DNA of 64,000 nt from Gordius albopunctatus (taxonomy: Eukaryota). Each line of letters opens with the position of its first letter. Positions within the stretch are counted from its first letter, which is position 1. Shown here in pieces: positions 43,392 through 55,800 of the stretch. The notes under the pieces were generated by a model, which searched no databases, was not told where the DNA came from, and worked only from the letters and a program-made list of their open reading frames with translations. The DNA is taken from NCBI GenBank assembly GCA_964276515.1, contig OZ193910.1, positions 186,001 to 250,000 of the forward strand, read 5' to 3'. A program made the translations under genes and the position numbers.

Positions 43392-43760
43392 GTCAACGTT
43401 TCATCCCTTCTCACTTTTAAGTGCCTTACAACCTATTAGCACATACAATGGTGTGGCCAGAGATTTTAAAAATTGGACACATATTTATTCAGCCATTACT
43501 AATACCACATACACACCACCAATAACATACTAATAAACATTTATATTGCAAAACTAAAAATGATTGAAAACATATTCACTACTTTTGTGTTAAAAATACA
43601 ATTGTAATATAATTTTTAGAAGAATCATCACGTTATAAATTGCTATTTCTTAAAAGGCAACTTGCTATAAACTATCACAAACAGCATATAATATAATAAG
43701 AACTTCAAAAAGTATTTTGTTGTGACTAAAATTTTTTTAATCAACTATCATCAAAAGTCT

Positions 43761-44736
43761 CTATTTTTGTCTTTGAGCTAATATTTTTTCTGCATGTTTC
43801 TTGAATCCCTTTTCTAAAACACTTTTTGTCAAACCACCCCCTTCTATGTAGATACAAGTAACACCTATATAATGAAAATTTTAATATACGGTATTGTCAA
43901 AAATATATAAGCTAATATAGATCTTACCTAATGGTGTAAGATCTTTGATATTTCTGTATTCATCATCAAAAAAAATCATGTCTTGATATGATATACCAGA
44001 AAGTTTACAAATACTACAAAAAAAATACAAATCATTTTTGCTTTAAATCATATAAGAATATTATAGAATAAATTTTTTACAAATAAAATTATGCAATAGT
44101 TAAATTTTACGAAGAAAAATGCTTTATTTTTGATGAGGGGTATATTTCTTTGTAGGCAAAATATTTATTCCAATCATAATATTTTAATAATTGTTCAGCA
44201 TATTTGGGCATCGTAGTCCTAATAACACACATAAATGATCAATTAGAATGCTTTAAAATTTGATATGTATGAAATGACTTTTATGGTGTTAAATAACGGA
44301 CAAGGTGGCATAAATTAAGGAAACAATTTATTTATTTTATGGGTTGAGATGAGGAAATATTGAGATGAAACAGGTTATTAATTAGACAAATTTAAAGACT
44401 TTCATTAATAAATTGAATAATAAATACCTAGAGGCAGCAGCCATTTTATAGCCTTCATTATTTAATCTTTCTAATATACCAGGAACATCTGGATATGGCA
44501 ATAATTTTTGTCCGCTTGAATCATATATTCCATCTTTTCTAAGAACATAGAATTAATATAGCTTTTACTAATATTTATCTATAAAAAATAGAAATCTACT
44601 ATATACTTAGGGTGCAACGGGCCACTTATGGTCCAATCAACATGAAAAGGCCATAAAGTATCATCTACTTTTAAGTTAATTAAATTAATATATTACCTAA
44701 ATCAAACACAATTAACTTTGGTTTGCATTCTACCAT
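43761..44736 (-). CDS. MDP1: Magnesium-dependent phosphatase 1 (HAD IIIC)
   Basis: Not in the ORF track. Exons 44736-44697, 44664-44607, 44538-44428, 44218-44111, 44013-43928, 43864-43761 give MVECKPKLIVFDLDDTLWPFHVD...YPDVPGIL...AAASRT...EIYPSSKIKHF...MIFFDDEYRNI...LGVTCI, containing HAD motifs DxDxT, ASRT and FFDDE. Confidence 0.93.
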
Positions 44737-44984
44737 CAAGAAATGTAACGAAATTAATTCAAATCATCGGTACCCTATCAACTCGCCGAAAACAATCTTG
44801 CCGAATTCACCCTGGGACATTAACGAGTATTTCCCCATTATCATAAGGAAGGCCCTAACATACCTTTCATAATAACTTTAATCCAAAACTGAATGATTAA
44901 TAGGCTCTTTTTATGTGGGAAATTTTCTAATTGAGGGACATTTAATTCGGCAAGTTGAGGGGCCACCCAAATCATTCTTACCAT

Positions 44985-46242
44985 GTGATGGAAACGAAAG
45001 CAAACGACATATCTCCATTTTCCTAAATAATAGGAATCAAAATCGGTTAGTGGTTCCAGAAATATTAAAGCAAGCTATGCTCGGTATCTGCACACAGGAC
45101 ATCCGGGGATATCCGGCATGATCGACCTAGCACAATTTTATTGTTGGTGGCCAAATATCAACGTTGGTATTGAAAACTTTGTTCACATGTGTCAAAGCTG
45201 CTAACAAACTCGACCTAATATGGCCGAATCTCCCTTTTACTTATGGTCTAATACGGAGGGGCCAATTGACCGCGTACATATCAAATTGGCAGGACTAGTT
45301 AACCAGAAATATTGGCAAGTATTAGTAGATACGTATTCGAAATGGCCAGAAGTAAAAATTCTAAATTCGCTACATTCAGGTGGAATTATCAAGGTGTTGG
45401 GGGAATGGCTTGCACGGTTAGAAGTGCCTAGACTAGGGTCGTAGTCAAGGATAATAGGAGTCAATTTACGGGATAAGAATTCTCAATTTTCACAAGATCA
45501 AATGGAATCAAACATGTTCGGACATCCCCATTTCACCCAAAATCTAATGGCTTATGTGAAAGATTCATCAAGACTTTGAAAATGCGGTTTTACTCTACTT
45601 TTAAGACGAATTGAGATGAAGAAAAGTCGATTGCTGAAGTTTTGATGACTTATAAACTGACTCCCCATTATACTACCAGCATGTCTCCTAGTGATTTAAT
45701 GTTCAAAAGAAGAATAAGGACCTCTTTAGACCAGCTACGTCAATCAAGTAGAGAGATTACAATAGATAATATGTGGAAGCAGAAATATTATCATGATAGG
45801 AAGGGTTTTTACCGTACCTTTGAGGAATGAGATAAAGTATGGGTAAAAAATGAAATTGAAAAAGGTTGCCACGCCGGAGTGGTGAATCGCAAAAAGAAGG
45901 ATTCATCCTACGACATCTGGGCCCAAGGGCGAGTAAAGCGGAAGCATGCCGATCAGCTAAGAAGAGCATTGTGGAATGTAACTAACTGGATCGTGTCTGA
46001 TGACGAGAGAGAAGGACGAGAACGAGAAACAACGGCAATTAGCCCACGACCGCAGCGAAGACGCCAACTTCCAAGAAGATACGATGAAGAGTATTATTAA
46101 CTTAGGGGGACTATTGTATTATATTGTTAAGCGTTCCTTTTGTATATTTTGTGCTTATGAATCTATTGTTTTAAATATATATTATTGTTCTTCTGTTCTT
46201 ATTCTGGTATCTTAATAATTCCGTATCTTAATAAATACTACA
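44985..46242 (+). mobile_element. Gypsy/Ty3 LTR retrotransposon remnant (integrase, PPT, short 3' LTR)
   Basis: Broken RLVVP..H.GHPG..WWPNI..C..C, RVHI..AG, VDTYSKWPEV, DN.SQFT, TSPFHPKSNGLCERF, Y..TPH.TT..SP, RKHADQLR. A purine tract ttaggggga precedes TGT at 46115, and a CA occurs at about 46242. Confidence 0.88.
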
Positions 46243-46614
46243 ACCCTTGTTTATTCTTCGTGTAACGAGAGATCCTATTGGCCTCCTGGGTAAATCTTAG
46301 AGGAGAGAAGAGCAAATTTGCAACCATAAATTGTGGAAGCGACAATATTAATACAATACCTAATTATAACAAATAGTTCATATAAATTTAGTGCTTATTA
46401 TGTGAAATCCATTAGGTTTTTAAAGCAGACATTTTAGCTAGCCGAATAAATTGTGCACACCTCATTTTTTAAAATGTTTGGTAGGATCAAGTTCGGGTTT
46501 AAAATATTTTAACGCTTTCGGGTCGGGCTCGGGGTTAAAATAAGTGACTTGGAGGTCTCTAGGCTATATCTTAAGTCGAAGAAACAGCATAAGTTATGAA
46601 TTTTAAATGTTAAA

Positions 46615-47364
46615 ATGCTTTTATTCGGTAAAATTGATACATGAAATATACAATAAACTAGCATAAAATAATATTATAAATAAAAAAAAATTATTCGTCA
46701 CATTCGTCAATAGCCAACAGATAAAGATTTGTAATTATATTTAGCTATCAAAATGCCGATTTTTTGGCGTAAAATAAAGCTGGGTGATCTGTTTCCTATT
46801 GATTTGAAAAAGGTTAATGCTTTTTTGCCAAAAGTAGCCGAACAAGAAGCTACTATTGGAATAAAAATCTTAGAATCAGCGATGGCTCGGTATTTGAGTG
46901 TTTTACGATTAGGAACTTACCATCTTCCCAGGGGATCATAGAAGCTCCGTCGGGACGCATTCTACCTTCTAAAGAAGGATCGGATGGTTCAAGGATAGAA
47001 CGAGTGCCGGCCTTTTTTAAAGCCAATTGGATTAAAAGGTTTATCTTTTGATGTCAGATAAAGCGATATTTGTTTAACTTACAATGGAGTGGGTGATGAG
47101 CCCAGCCAGATATCTATTCCCTTATTGCAATTTTTGCAGGGATATCCTATGGTAATTTTAATACCTAGGCGGAGAGCTATTGCATACGAAACTTCTGGAT
47201 TTGAAAGAAAAAGTCCTATGTGTTTACTTGGGATACATTCAAGCCATTCGTGACGAGAGTCGGCCGTAAGTGACCTGAGATTAAAATGCTGCTCAGTATC
47301 ACAACTCGAAAGTAGGTAAGCGAGAGAGCGCGATACTATACTGGCATCCCAATCTCGTTGTTCG
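46615..47364 (-). mobile_element. CRE-like 3' fragment (inverted near-copy of about 13257-13715 plus 3' end)
   Basis: The reverse complement matches caacgagattgggatgccagtatagtatcgcgctc...cacgaatggcttgaatg...ccatccgatcc at 13263-13645. Confidence 0.85.
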
Positions 47365-48412
47365 ACAAATATATCACACGTATTCGGATTTAAGCTGGGA
47401 CAGCGTAGGTATTGCTACAAGGTACTTTCCATGAGCGCAACCTTCTCTCAAGAAGTTCTACAACAGATCATCCTAGACTTATGCCAGAAATCAATCTCTC
47501 AATGCAGATACAATTTATATCAGGACGATATATTCATCTACGGGAAAGATAAAGACACAGTGCAAGCAGATACAAATAAATTTCTTACAATATGCCGAAG
47601 TGGAAGTTATCAGTAAACCGCCGCAATTCATTCTTGCAATGCAACTCGTATAAACAGGGTCGTACCTAGGCATTGACATTTAACTTAGACGCCACTCCCT
47701 TTCGATAAACGACAAATTCTTCTTTAAGATCGACTGAGCGACGCAAATCATGTCCCACTACACCACAACTAGGCAAAAACCAAATCCCCTGGAAGCCCAA
47801 GTGTGCTTGGGGATCCTCACCCACTATGTCTACATGATCACTGGATGGTCCCGCTTCATATCATCTTGGTATAATATCTTCCTCGGGAACGCTCCTCCCA
47901 CCTTCAAAAATGATGCCTATCAAGTTTTTAGAACTTCGGGAGCCACTAACGTTCCCCTTACCAATGACAATAGCCTTCAACCACTTTGTAGCAGCCGACG
48001 CGTCAACCCTATACATCGGAATCTCTTTTAGAGGTTAAATATGTCGGTCTCCAAGGCAGACGCATTGAGCGCCATTAAATGCCATGGCTTTATCCCTACC
48101 ATAAACCTCTTGGAAATGCTGGTCATCCCATTAAGCTTCCTCAGAATAATCGTGGAATTCCCAAACATCACCCCGAGAGTTTGCACGGATTCTCACACAG
48201 CGTTCTACATATTTAAGAGAGGATCAGCCCATGCTCCACACTTGGAGGAAGCCTGCGGCAAAATAATCCATATCATCGGTATGGATCGTGTATTGGCAAT
48301 CAAATAAGGCCTGGAATGAGTACCCACGGACAGCAATCTAGCCGATCACCTTTTCAGAACACGGTGTCCGGATTACCATAATTGGTCCGGGATGCGAGTA
48401 CTCATGTTCTAA
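47365..48412 (+). pseudogene. Decayed reverse transcriptase-RNase H (DIRS/Ngaro-like or hepadnavirus-like retroelement)
   Basis: Across frameshifts: FGFKLGQRRYCYKVLSMSATFSQ, YQDDIFI, YLGIDI, FVAADAST, TINLLE, VCTDS, VPTDSNLADHLFR. The four RNase H acidic motifs are in order. Confidence 0.75.
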
Positions 48413-50052
48413 GGCGAAACTTTGGGGCACTACGGACAGAACGACAACCGGTTTGCCATGGCAGAAGACCGTAGATTATTTTAAGAATTATACTATATCT
48501 CACAACCCCTTTCCTTGACATTTTATCTTGCTTCTCTCATGTTTAACGAACCTCTGCCAGTTATTATTACCCCAAAAATTTGCTCTTATTACATACATAT
48601 TACGTTTATGTGCTCTATATACGCGCATTACTTATTAAATATTTATGTGAAATATCCAATAAAATTAACTCGAGATGGGGAGGGGGATAACCCTTCGGGC
48701 TTTTTTCTCCTATAAGTCAAGGAGGATAAATATATCTTTAAAAATCAATAATTAATTAAAAAATAAATGATTTATTAATTTCATTTATCAAATGATTTCT
48801 TGCCCTAAGGCAATCAATATCCCGCCAAATTTCATTTTGACGTTCATTATGTAAATATTTAATCTATTAAATTATGGATTAAAAGTTAATTATATTATTT
48901 AAAAAAATGACGCATATTTAATATTTTAATATTGACCTTTTCAATTAAAAAATATTATTTATAAAATCAACTTGCCAATAGGTGTTCTTAAAAGAATATA
49001 CATTCGCTACATTTAATCACGTTTAAAAAATGAAATATGCATGATGCAAATGAATCTCGTTAATTTTCTATGGGGTGATTCATATGTAATGAATGATTAT
49101 AAAGCCCGTAATTTGGCTAAAAGGTTTTTGTTTATCGAATTCGGACAATTATGATATTAAAGCGCTAAGTGTATTAAATAATATATATAAATAACATATT
49201 AAAAAACCATTACTCTTCTTTACTATAACCAATTCCCTCCATCCCCTCTTCAGTGATAACAAATGAATTGCAACGTATTTAAATAACGTTTAATAACTAT
49301 TGATCATTTTTTAGAGTTTACCTTTTAATTAAATAACTTATACTCAAAAGAGTATGAGACCTTTGTGCGACGGTCTGCTTGAGAGGATATACAAAAAAAC
49401 AGTTTAATAAAGCAACCTTTTATAAATAAATGAAAAATACTTACCTACGGCTTACGTGTAATATAGTTTTTAATAATCCCTCCTTCATATCTAAAATTAG
49501 TGTTTACTCGAAAAGTTTGGGTTTATAATCTAAATTTTAGCACCGGTTCGGATGGATCTAAGATGAAATTATAGGCCGACTTGATGGGTTCGGACTAATT
49601 AACTTTTCTTTCGCGTTATATATGCAAAAAACCTTTTACACCTAAATTTCATTTTTCAAGTAGTAAGACTTTATTTGAGCTATTATTGGAAAAATGTTTT
49701 AGGAAAAAAGCATAGAATGAGTATGAAATCTTTATCTAATCTTGAGAGACTTATTTAACATAGTATGTGTTGGGAGGAGAGAATTACATACACGATATAT
49801 CAAGAGGTTTATTTATATATAGATCACATTTTATGATAGAAATAAAAGTTTATTTCGATATTTAATACAATATGTATATATATGATATGATATGAACGTG
49901 CACTCTTTTAAATTTAGCCGCACAAGATAATATAGAAGGGGTTGCCTGAAAATTGGTGTTTAATATTAGCCCTAACTAGAAAATCAAAGGGTTTAGGGGT
50001 TTAAGCTTTACACAAAGTCTCTATAATTGTACGTAACATTTTATGAAATAAT

Positions 50053-51201
50053 TTAGAAGCAACCAGATATTCGCGTCTGCAAATAACTTTTGAGAGTTGG
50101 ATTGGTGAATAATATTAAATAAGGGAATATGTAAAATTTTATGTATACAAGGGAAATAGAGACATGATATAGCCAAGAATCTATTTGTTGGGTGTAGGAG
50201 TTTAGGCGGTACCATGGGTAAATTAACATTAATATGAGCCACGGGATAGTGGAAACAAGAGTTAGTAAAGTTAAAGATCCGCTCAAAAAGCAGAGATTTC
50301 GCACCAAGGATATCATTTTTGGTCGACGCTGTGGAGGACTAAATGTAGAGGAGATAGTTGGGGAAGAGTCATTTACTTGATTCATTTTAGGCAATACTCT
50401 CAAGTTTCTGATATAATTTTGCAAACACATTCTAAGGCTTACACCCGCCACAAATTTAAGGTACACCGTTAGGCCTAAATACACGTTGATTGTAAACATG
50501 GCGCTGATTGGAATAAGGTAACATATGATAAGCTGAATTATATCAAATATTTTGATAATAGGCTTACGACCCTGACCCAATCTGAGTGTGTATAGTTTGT
50601 TTGGGCTAATGCAATTCATATCGTTCGGCATGGGCTCAATCTCAAAAAATGATAGGAATGGTATGTTAGTTAGCAAACATAAAACTCCGACTAAAATTAT
50701 AGTCTTGCGAATGGTTGAGCGATCGCTGCGTGCAGCCCGATGAAAGAATGGATATTTAATGGCAATCAAAGCATCCAACGACAACATGGCAACGAGGTAG
50801 TAAGTGAATGATATTAAGCCTTCATCCAAAATCCATTCTATTTTACCCAACCATATCACGTTTCGGTACTCGATGTAGACGGATGGAACAGAGGGTTCAG
50901 TGACGACAAGTACATAATAATATGGCCACATTAGTAACATAACACACAAGGAAAGGGAAGATAGTGTTACTGACAATATTATCAATCCTATATGATATTT
51001 GTATTTAAAGCCTTTAGCCCATTCACCTGAGAATGGAGAAATGGCCCAAAGTAGCATAAGATTTCCCAAAATTCCTAGGCATGAACCCAACACCGTTGTT
51101 ACAAAGTAAATGGGTTCATTTTTGCGGAATACACTATTGCAGGCACAAGAATCGTTGAGCTTCACAAAATATTTGGTGTGGCAACTTAAATTTACAAACA
51201 T
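50053..51201 (-). CDS. Intronless divergent rhodopsin-class GPCR
   Basis: 382-aa intact ORF with 7 hydrophobic segments: GILGN (TM1), LSLDALIAIKYP (TM3 end), NIP (TM4), YLIP (TM5), IPW (TM6), FPY..NP (TM7), plus N-terminal N-glycosylation sequons. Confidence 0.85.
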   Translation of the reverse strand: MFVNLSCHTKYFVKLNDSCACNSVFRKNEPIYFVTTVLGSCLGILGNLMLLWAISPFSGEWAKGFKYKYHIGLIILSVTLSSLSLCVMLLMWPYYYVLVVTEPSVPSVYIEYRNVIWLGKIEWILDEGLISFTYYLVAMLSLDALIAIKYPFFHRAARSDRSTIRKTIILVGVLCLLTNIPFLSFFEIEPMPNDMNCISPNKLYTLRLGQGRKPIIKIFDIIQLIICYLIPISAMFTINVYLGLTVYLKFVAGVSLRMCLQNYIRNLRVLPKMNQVNDSSPTISSTFSPPQRRPKMISLVRNLCFLSGSLTLLTLVSTIPWLILMLIYPWYRLNSYTQQIDSWLYHVSISLVYIKFYIFPYLILFTNPTLKSYLQTRISGCF

Positions 51202-51566
51202 GCGTTGTAGTTGTAGTAGGGAAACAATTTATTTGTAAATTTAAAGCATATTTGCAAATTTAGTTTTTAAACTTGGTTGAACGATTGAGGTGCAATTAAT
51301 ATATTAAAAATATGAGGCAAGGTAGCTATGGAGGAAAATCAATATTAAAGCGGCATGTTAATTTAGAATAAATCAAGTAATCATCACATTAGAGCCCTGC
51401 ACGGTTGACCCAAAATCTGACCCGACCCGAACCCGACTCAACCCAACCTCGGGTCGGGTTCGGATTAAAAATATTAAAATATTTCCGATCGGGTCGGGTA
51501 GAAGGTTGTAAATTTTATATGACATAATAGATATATCTTTTAAATTAATTCCATTATATAAAATAT

Positions 51567-54500
51567 TAATTGCTATGCAATTTATGGGCTCGCTTTTTGT
51601 CGTCCGTTGTCCGTCCGTCCAACATTTCGATAATCAAGATAGCTATATATTATATAATCCACAATATTTTGCATATCTTATTTATGGTGTTTAAGAAAGA
51701 TTGTGTCAAATTTATTTTATGCAGTGGCGTCGCCCCCCCCCCCCAAGGGAAAAATCTTGGGCCCCCGGGCCCCTTCCGCCATTATTTTTTTTTATCTTAA
51801 TTAAGAAACAATATAAAGATTATTATCATTGTTTCTGAATAAAATTGTTAATTATAATATTACAAATAAAAACAAAGATGCTGTATAAGAGAATAAAGGG
51901 TAAAAATTGTATCAAATTGTTGAGTTGACATAATTACATAATTTCAAAATTAATATTAATTACAAACCCGAGTTTTTTATAATTAATTTCCATTTTACTT
52001 TTATTAATTAATATGAATAGCAATAGCAAGAAGCAATTAAAGCCTAACATGTTTTTAAAGCCCTTAGCTCCAAGCAATAGGTTAAATCAAATAGGTATTT
52101 AAAATTTTTTATTATTGTGTTTATATAAATACAATATTAGGTGAAGAAAAAATGCAGTGCTGAAAGGTATTTACTTAGTGTTAGTACTTTCATTCATTTA
52201 TTCAAATACAAATTTATAGAAAATGAAAAGGAGAATTACATGGACATTGGCAGTGATAGCTCTTCATCCTCAACCTCGAGTAATTCATTATATTAAATAA
52301 TTGATATTTTTTCTCTTATTAAAATCTTGCCCCCCCAATAGTGTTTCCAAATTTTACTATTTTGATTAAAATAATTTTAACCATCCCAATAACTTCATGT
52401 TCATGCGAAAGATCGTTCTCATTGCTAAAACGGATTAAAACTTATCTTCGTTCCACGATTGGACAAGATAGGTTATCTTCCTTAGCTTTATTGAGCTTCG
52501 AACATGACTTTGTAAATGTTATTCCCCGGAGGATATTATAAATTCGTTTGCAACATCGAGTAAAAGGCGTAATGATGAACTACTATTAAAAGACTATGTT
52601 TAATATTTAACGAAAAATTATCTGGCCTTTTAAACATGTTTTACACTTTTTAACACTTTCAAAATTAAAATATTATTAAATTTACGAAAATTCCATCTGG
52701 GTTTCAATTTAATTGTCCATATCACATGCTTCTTATTCTTTAACATATCTTGCATATTTTTATGTACCACATGCACATATAAAGCCAATATCTTTCCAAA
52801 AAATTGTTTGTACACCATTTTTTCCCCTTCATTAGTGATATCCCATCATAAGTTTGATAAATTAATAACAAATTGCTGAATTTCATACAATTGTTAACGC
52901 ATCAAAACTTTCAAGGCATAAAAAGATTCTTATTCAAAAAAAAGCTGTTCAAAAAAAGCTGCCAATAAAAAATTTAGACCCTAAGGGCTTGTCTTAATAT
53001 CGGATTTTGCTGGGCAGCAAAAATCGTGGTACGGGTTATAACATGGGCGCCGTGTCTTAACTTCAAATTCACAGCAGCAGATTTGCATTTGAGACGATGC
53101 ATAACATAACAGCGATTTTGTTAGATGCAAATTTTTTCTTAAGCTTAAATGTTGTATGTTGTTAAATTTATAGGTAACAACAAAGTTTAGATTTAATCTC
53201 AAGAGTTGAAATAAACAAAAAAAAGTTTTTAACTAACAAAAAACGAAATATTAATAATTACAACCAAGTTTGACTCATGTAATTGAATCGGATATTTAGA
53301 AAAAAATTAATTGGCGCGATTTGAATCTTAATCCGATATTAAGACAAGCCCAATGTGTTGAAAAAAAGCTGATCAGAAAAAAAGCTAATAAATCAATAGG
53401 AACATTTGGCAATTTCAACGTATAGTGCAGAATATCTGATTGATAATTTAAACGTATTCTCCCGCAGTTTAGATAAATCCATGGATTTAACTTTCGCAAT
53501 TTGTTATATAGTTTTTTTTAGCTATTTGCATTATTTTTTAAAATGCCAACGATTTCTTGTCAATATCCCCGTTCCACTTTTACCCTTACAATTCATTTAT
53601 ACAAAACTTATTGAACCATGTCAAATTTTGTATCTTGTTTCAACTACATCACTTTGTTTCATTTACGAATAAATTTTATTTATTTTTTGCCGGCTACAAA
53701 CATGAGGGGACATATTAGTGTGATGTTAATGCAAAAAATACAGGGAGTAGTAGCGGAATTTTAAGTTTGTCCAACGTTCACGAGGGAAAATTTTTTTAAT
53801 TGCTTTTCACCCATGGTCGTATTTAGGTTTTGCCTTGGGGGGGGGGGGCAAAACATAAATATTTTTTATTCAGGCGGGCGTAGGAATTTTTTTGTCCCCC
53901 CCCCTCAAGGCAAAAAGGCAAAAGGCTAGCGACGCCACTCATTTTATGGATCTTTAAATGTGGTATGCACAAATAAATATAAATCATTATTTTGTCATTT
54001 TGCACATAATGTAACTTTTATTATTCATCTTTATCTAATGATGAAGCTGCTATATGAGTGATATCTTGTGTTACCTCTTTTATACCGCCATCTATTTGTT
54101 TTAATTTAGATTGCCGAAACTTGCTGATGTATATCTTAATTGCGGTTCGATACCCCGAGAGTGTAAAATTTTTTTTAATTTAAAAAATATATTGTTCTTG
54201 TTAATACCAGTGATAATATGACTTTTTGGCCGTGTCCTGGCTACTGACCAATGGAAAAAATGACCATTGGCCAAATTGTGAATCGAAATTTTCCCCCCCT
54301 TTTTTGCATTGCTAATTACAGGGCCTATGCCTCTACTGATATGGGTCCCTCTGATGCCCCCAAGGCTTATGCTTCTACTGATGTGGGTTCGAATCCCGGA
54401 GATTAATAGATTGTTGTTGTTAATACCATTGATAATATGGCTTTTTGGCCGTCCGCTTAGCAATTAAGGCTCGCCTTTTGTTGTCCGTCCAACATGTATC

Positions 54501-54874
54501 TCAATTGCTTGCCCCCTCTTATTTTTTACCCTTTTTCTCACCAAAGGGTAGGGGGCGGCTGTTTTTTATTTAAACATTTTGACAATTTTCGCAGTGTTTT
54601 TGATTCTTCTCCTCTATAAACACATATTTTTTCTCCCCTTATCCAACAACGCTAGAATAAATTTATTTACCGAATTCAAATCCTGGAAATGAGAAATTTT
54701 TTTGGATTAAATGGAAAATTTGTATAAAAAATTACCTAATCATTTTGCATTTAATACCCGACCCCTATAGGCATTGTTGCCCATAAATTGCATAGCAAAT
54801 ATGCTGCGTTTATACGGACTATAGAGGAGTCGTTCCCCCTTCCCTTCCCACGAGGGCCGAAGCCCCGACTTTTT
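51567..54874 (+). mobile_element. Helentron-associated non-autonomous element (HINE/DINE-1-like)
   Basis: 5' subTIR ttgctatgcaatttatgggc (51570), a GTCC microsatellite (about 51599-51620), 3' subTIR gcccataaattgcatagcaa (about 54779-54798), hairpin gggccgaagccc (about 54854), then a T-run. No TSD relative to the empty site in the 9880 copy. Confidence 0.75.
51722..53940 (+). mobile_element. Internally deleted hAT DNA transposon
   Basis: TIR cagtggcgtcgc/gcgacgccactc and an exact 8-bp TSD attttatg (51714-51721, 53941-53948). hAT C-terminal dimerisation remnant FPN...TIPITSCSCERSFSLLKRIKTYLRST..QDRLSSLALL (52341-52541). Confidence 0.9.
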
Positions 54875-55800
54875 TATAATTAATATCGAAATGTATGATT
54901 AACTTATCTCAAAAGTTCATTTAAATTAATTTCAATTAAGTTATATGTGAATTTAGAATTTGCGAAATTTAAAACTCGGAAATGTACAATAGAATATCTA
55001 CATGGATGCTATAAATTTCGATGAACATATGATGGATATCACAAAACTTACTAACGATTTTGTGACCCCCCATTTTTCTTTTTTAAATATAAATGTCTCA
55101 ACTTGTTTTAACGCCTAATATATACACTAGTAAATAAAATCATCGTGATTATTCATTAAACGAATGATTAAAATGTATAAAAAATTTATTTTACAAAAAT
55201 TGAAAAATTAGAGATTCAAAAAATTGATCAATCTTTCTCCTTTCATTTCCGCATAATTGCCACAATTAATATTAGCCTTTAGATCAAGATTGCTTGATAA
55301 GACTCATTTTAGTATAGCAAAAGTTTAAGAATATCTGCATTTCTTCATGGTGCCTACTAAAAATAATGAATGGCGTCTTAGGAGAGATATTTTGCGTGAA
55401 ATATACTACTAAAAAATGTTTCCAAATTAGTATCTACCTTTTTTTTAATGCTTTAAAATGTTGCTAAATACCTGTTGTCTTTTTGGGAGTTTTTTACCAT
55501 TTTAACATCAAAATCAATTTTACACCAATCACCTTAACTTTCGGGTCGGGTCGGGTTGGGTTGAAAAAAATGAGTTGGCAGCACTCTAAATCACATGCAG
55601 CCGAAAATGAAATGGGTAAAATTATAAAAATGGATTATATTTGGTATAAGGCTCGCGCTTTTTAAGTTTACTAGCAAGCCCAGTAATGATAATAATTGTA
55701 GAAGGCGACAATGTGATACTTATCATCATTACCTAATAAATTATAACGAAAACTATAAAATTACTGACATATGAAATTTCGAAAGGGACTGTCTTTTAGG

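Larger units (their letters stand above)
51390..55588. mobile_element. TAGAGCCCTGC-family hAT MITE split by nested insertions
   Basis: Left end tagagccctgc, right end gcagcactcta, TSD catcacat/aatcacat. 51390-51567 and 54876-55588 align with the intact copy at 9880-10623. Confidence 0.8.

Noticed and set aside
45997..46030. ctgatga...gaaac hammerhead-like core
   Set aside because: There is no stem II pairing, and it lies in the Gypsy coding tail.
49985..50010. gggtttaggggtttaag as a telomeric repeat
   Set aside because: Only two imperfect units.
54100..54410. tRNA genes suggested by GTTCGA motifs
   Set aside because: There is no acceptor stem, D-arm or anticodon arm; these are B-box-like motifs only.
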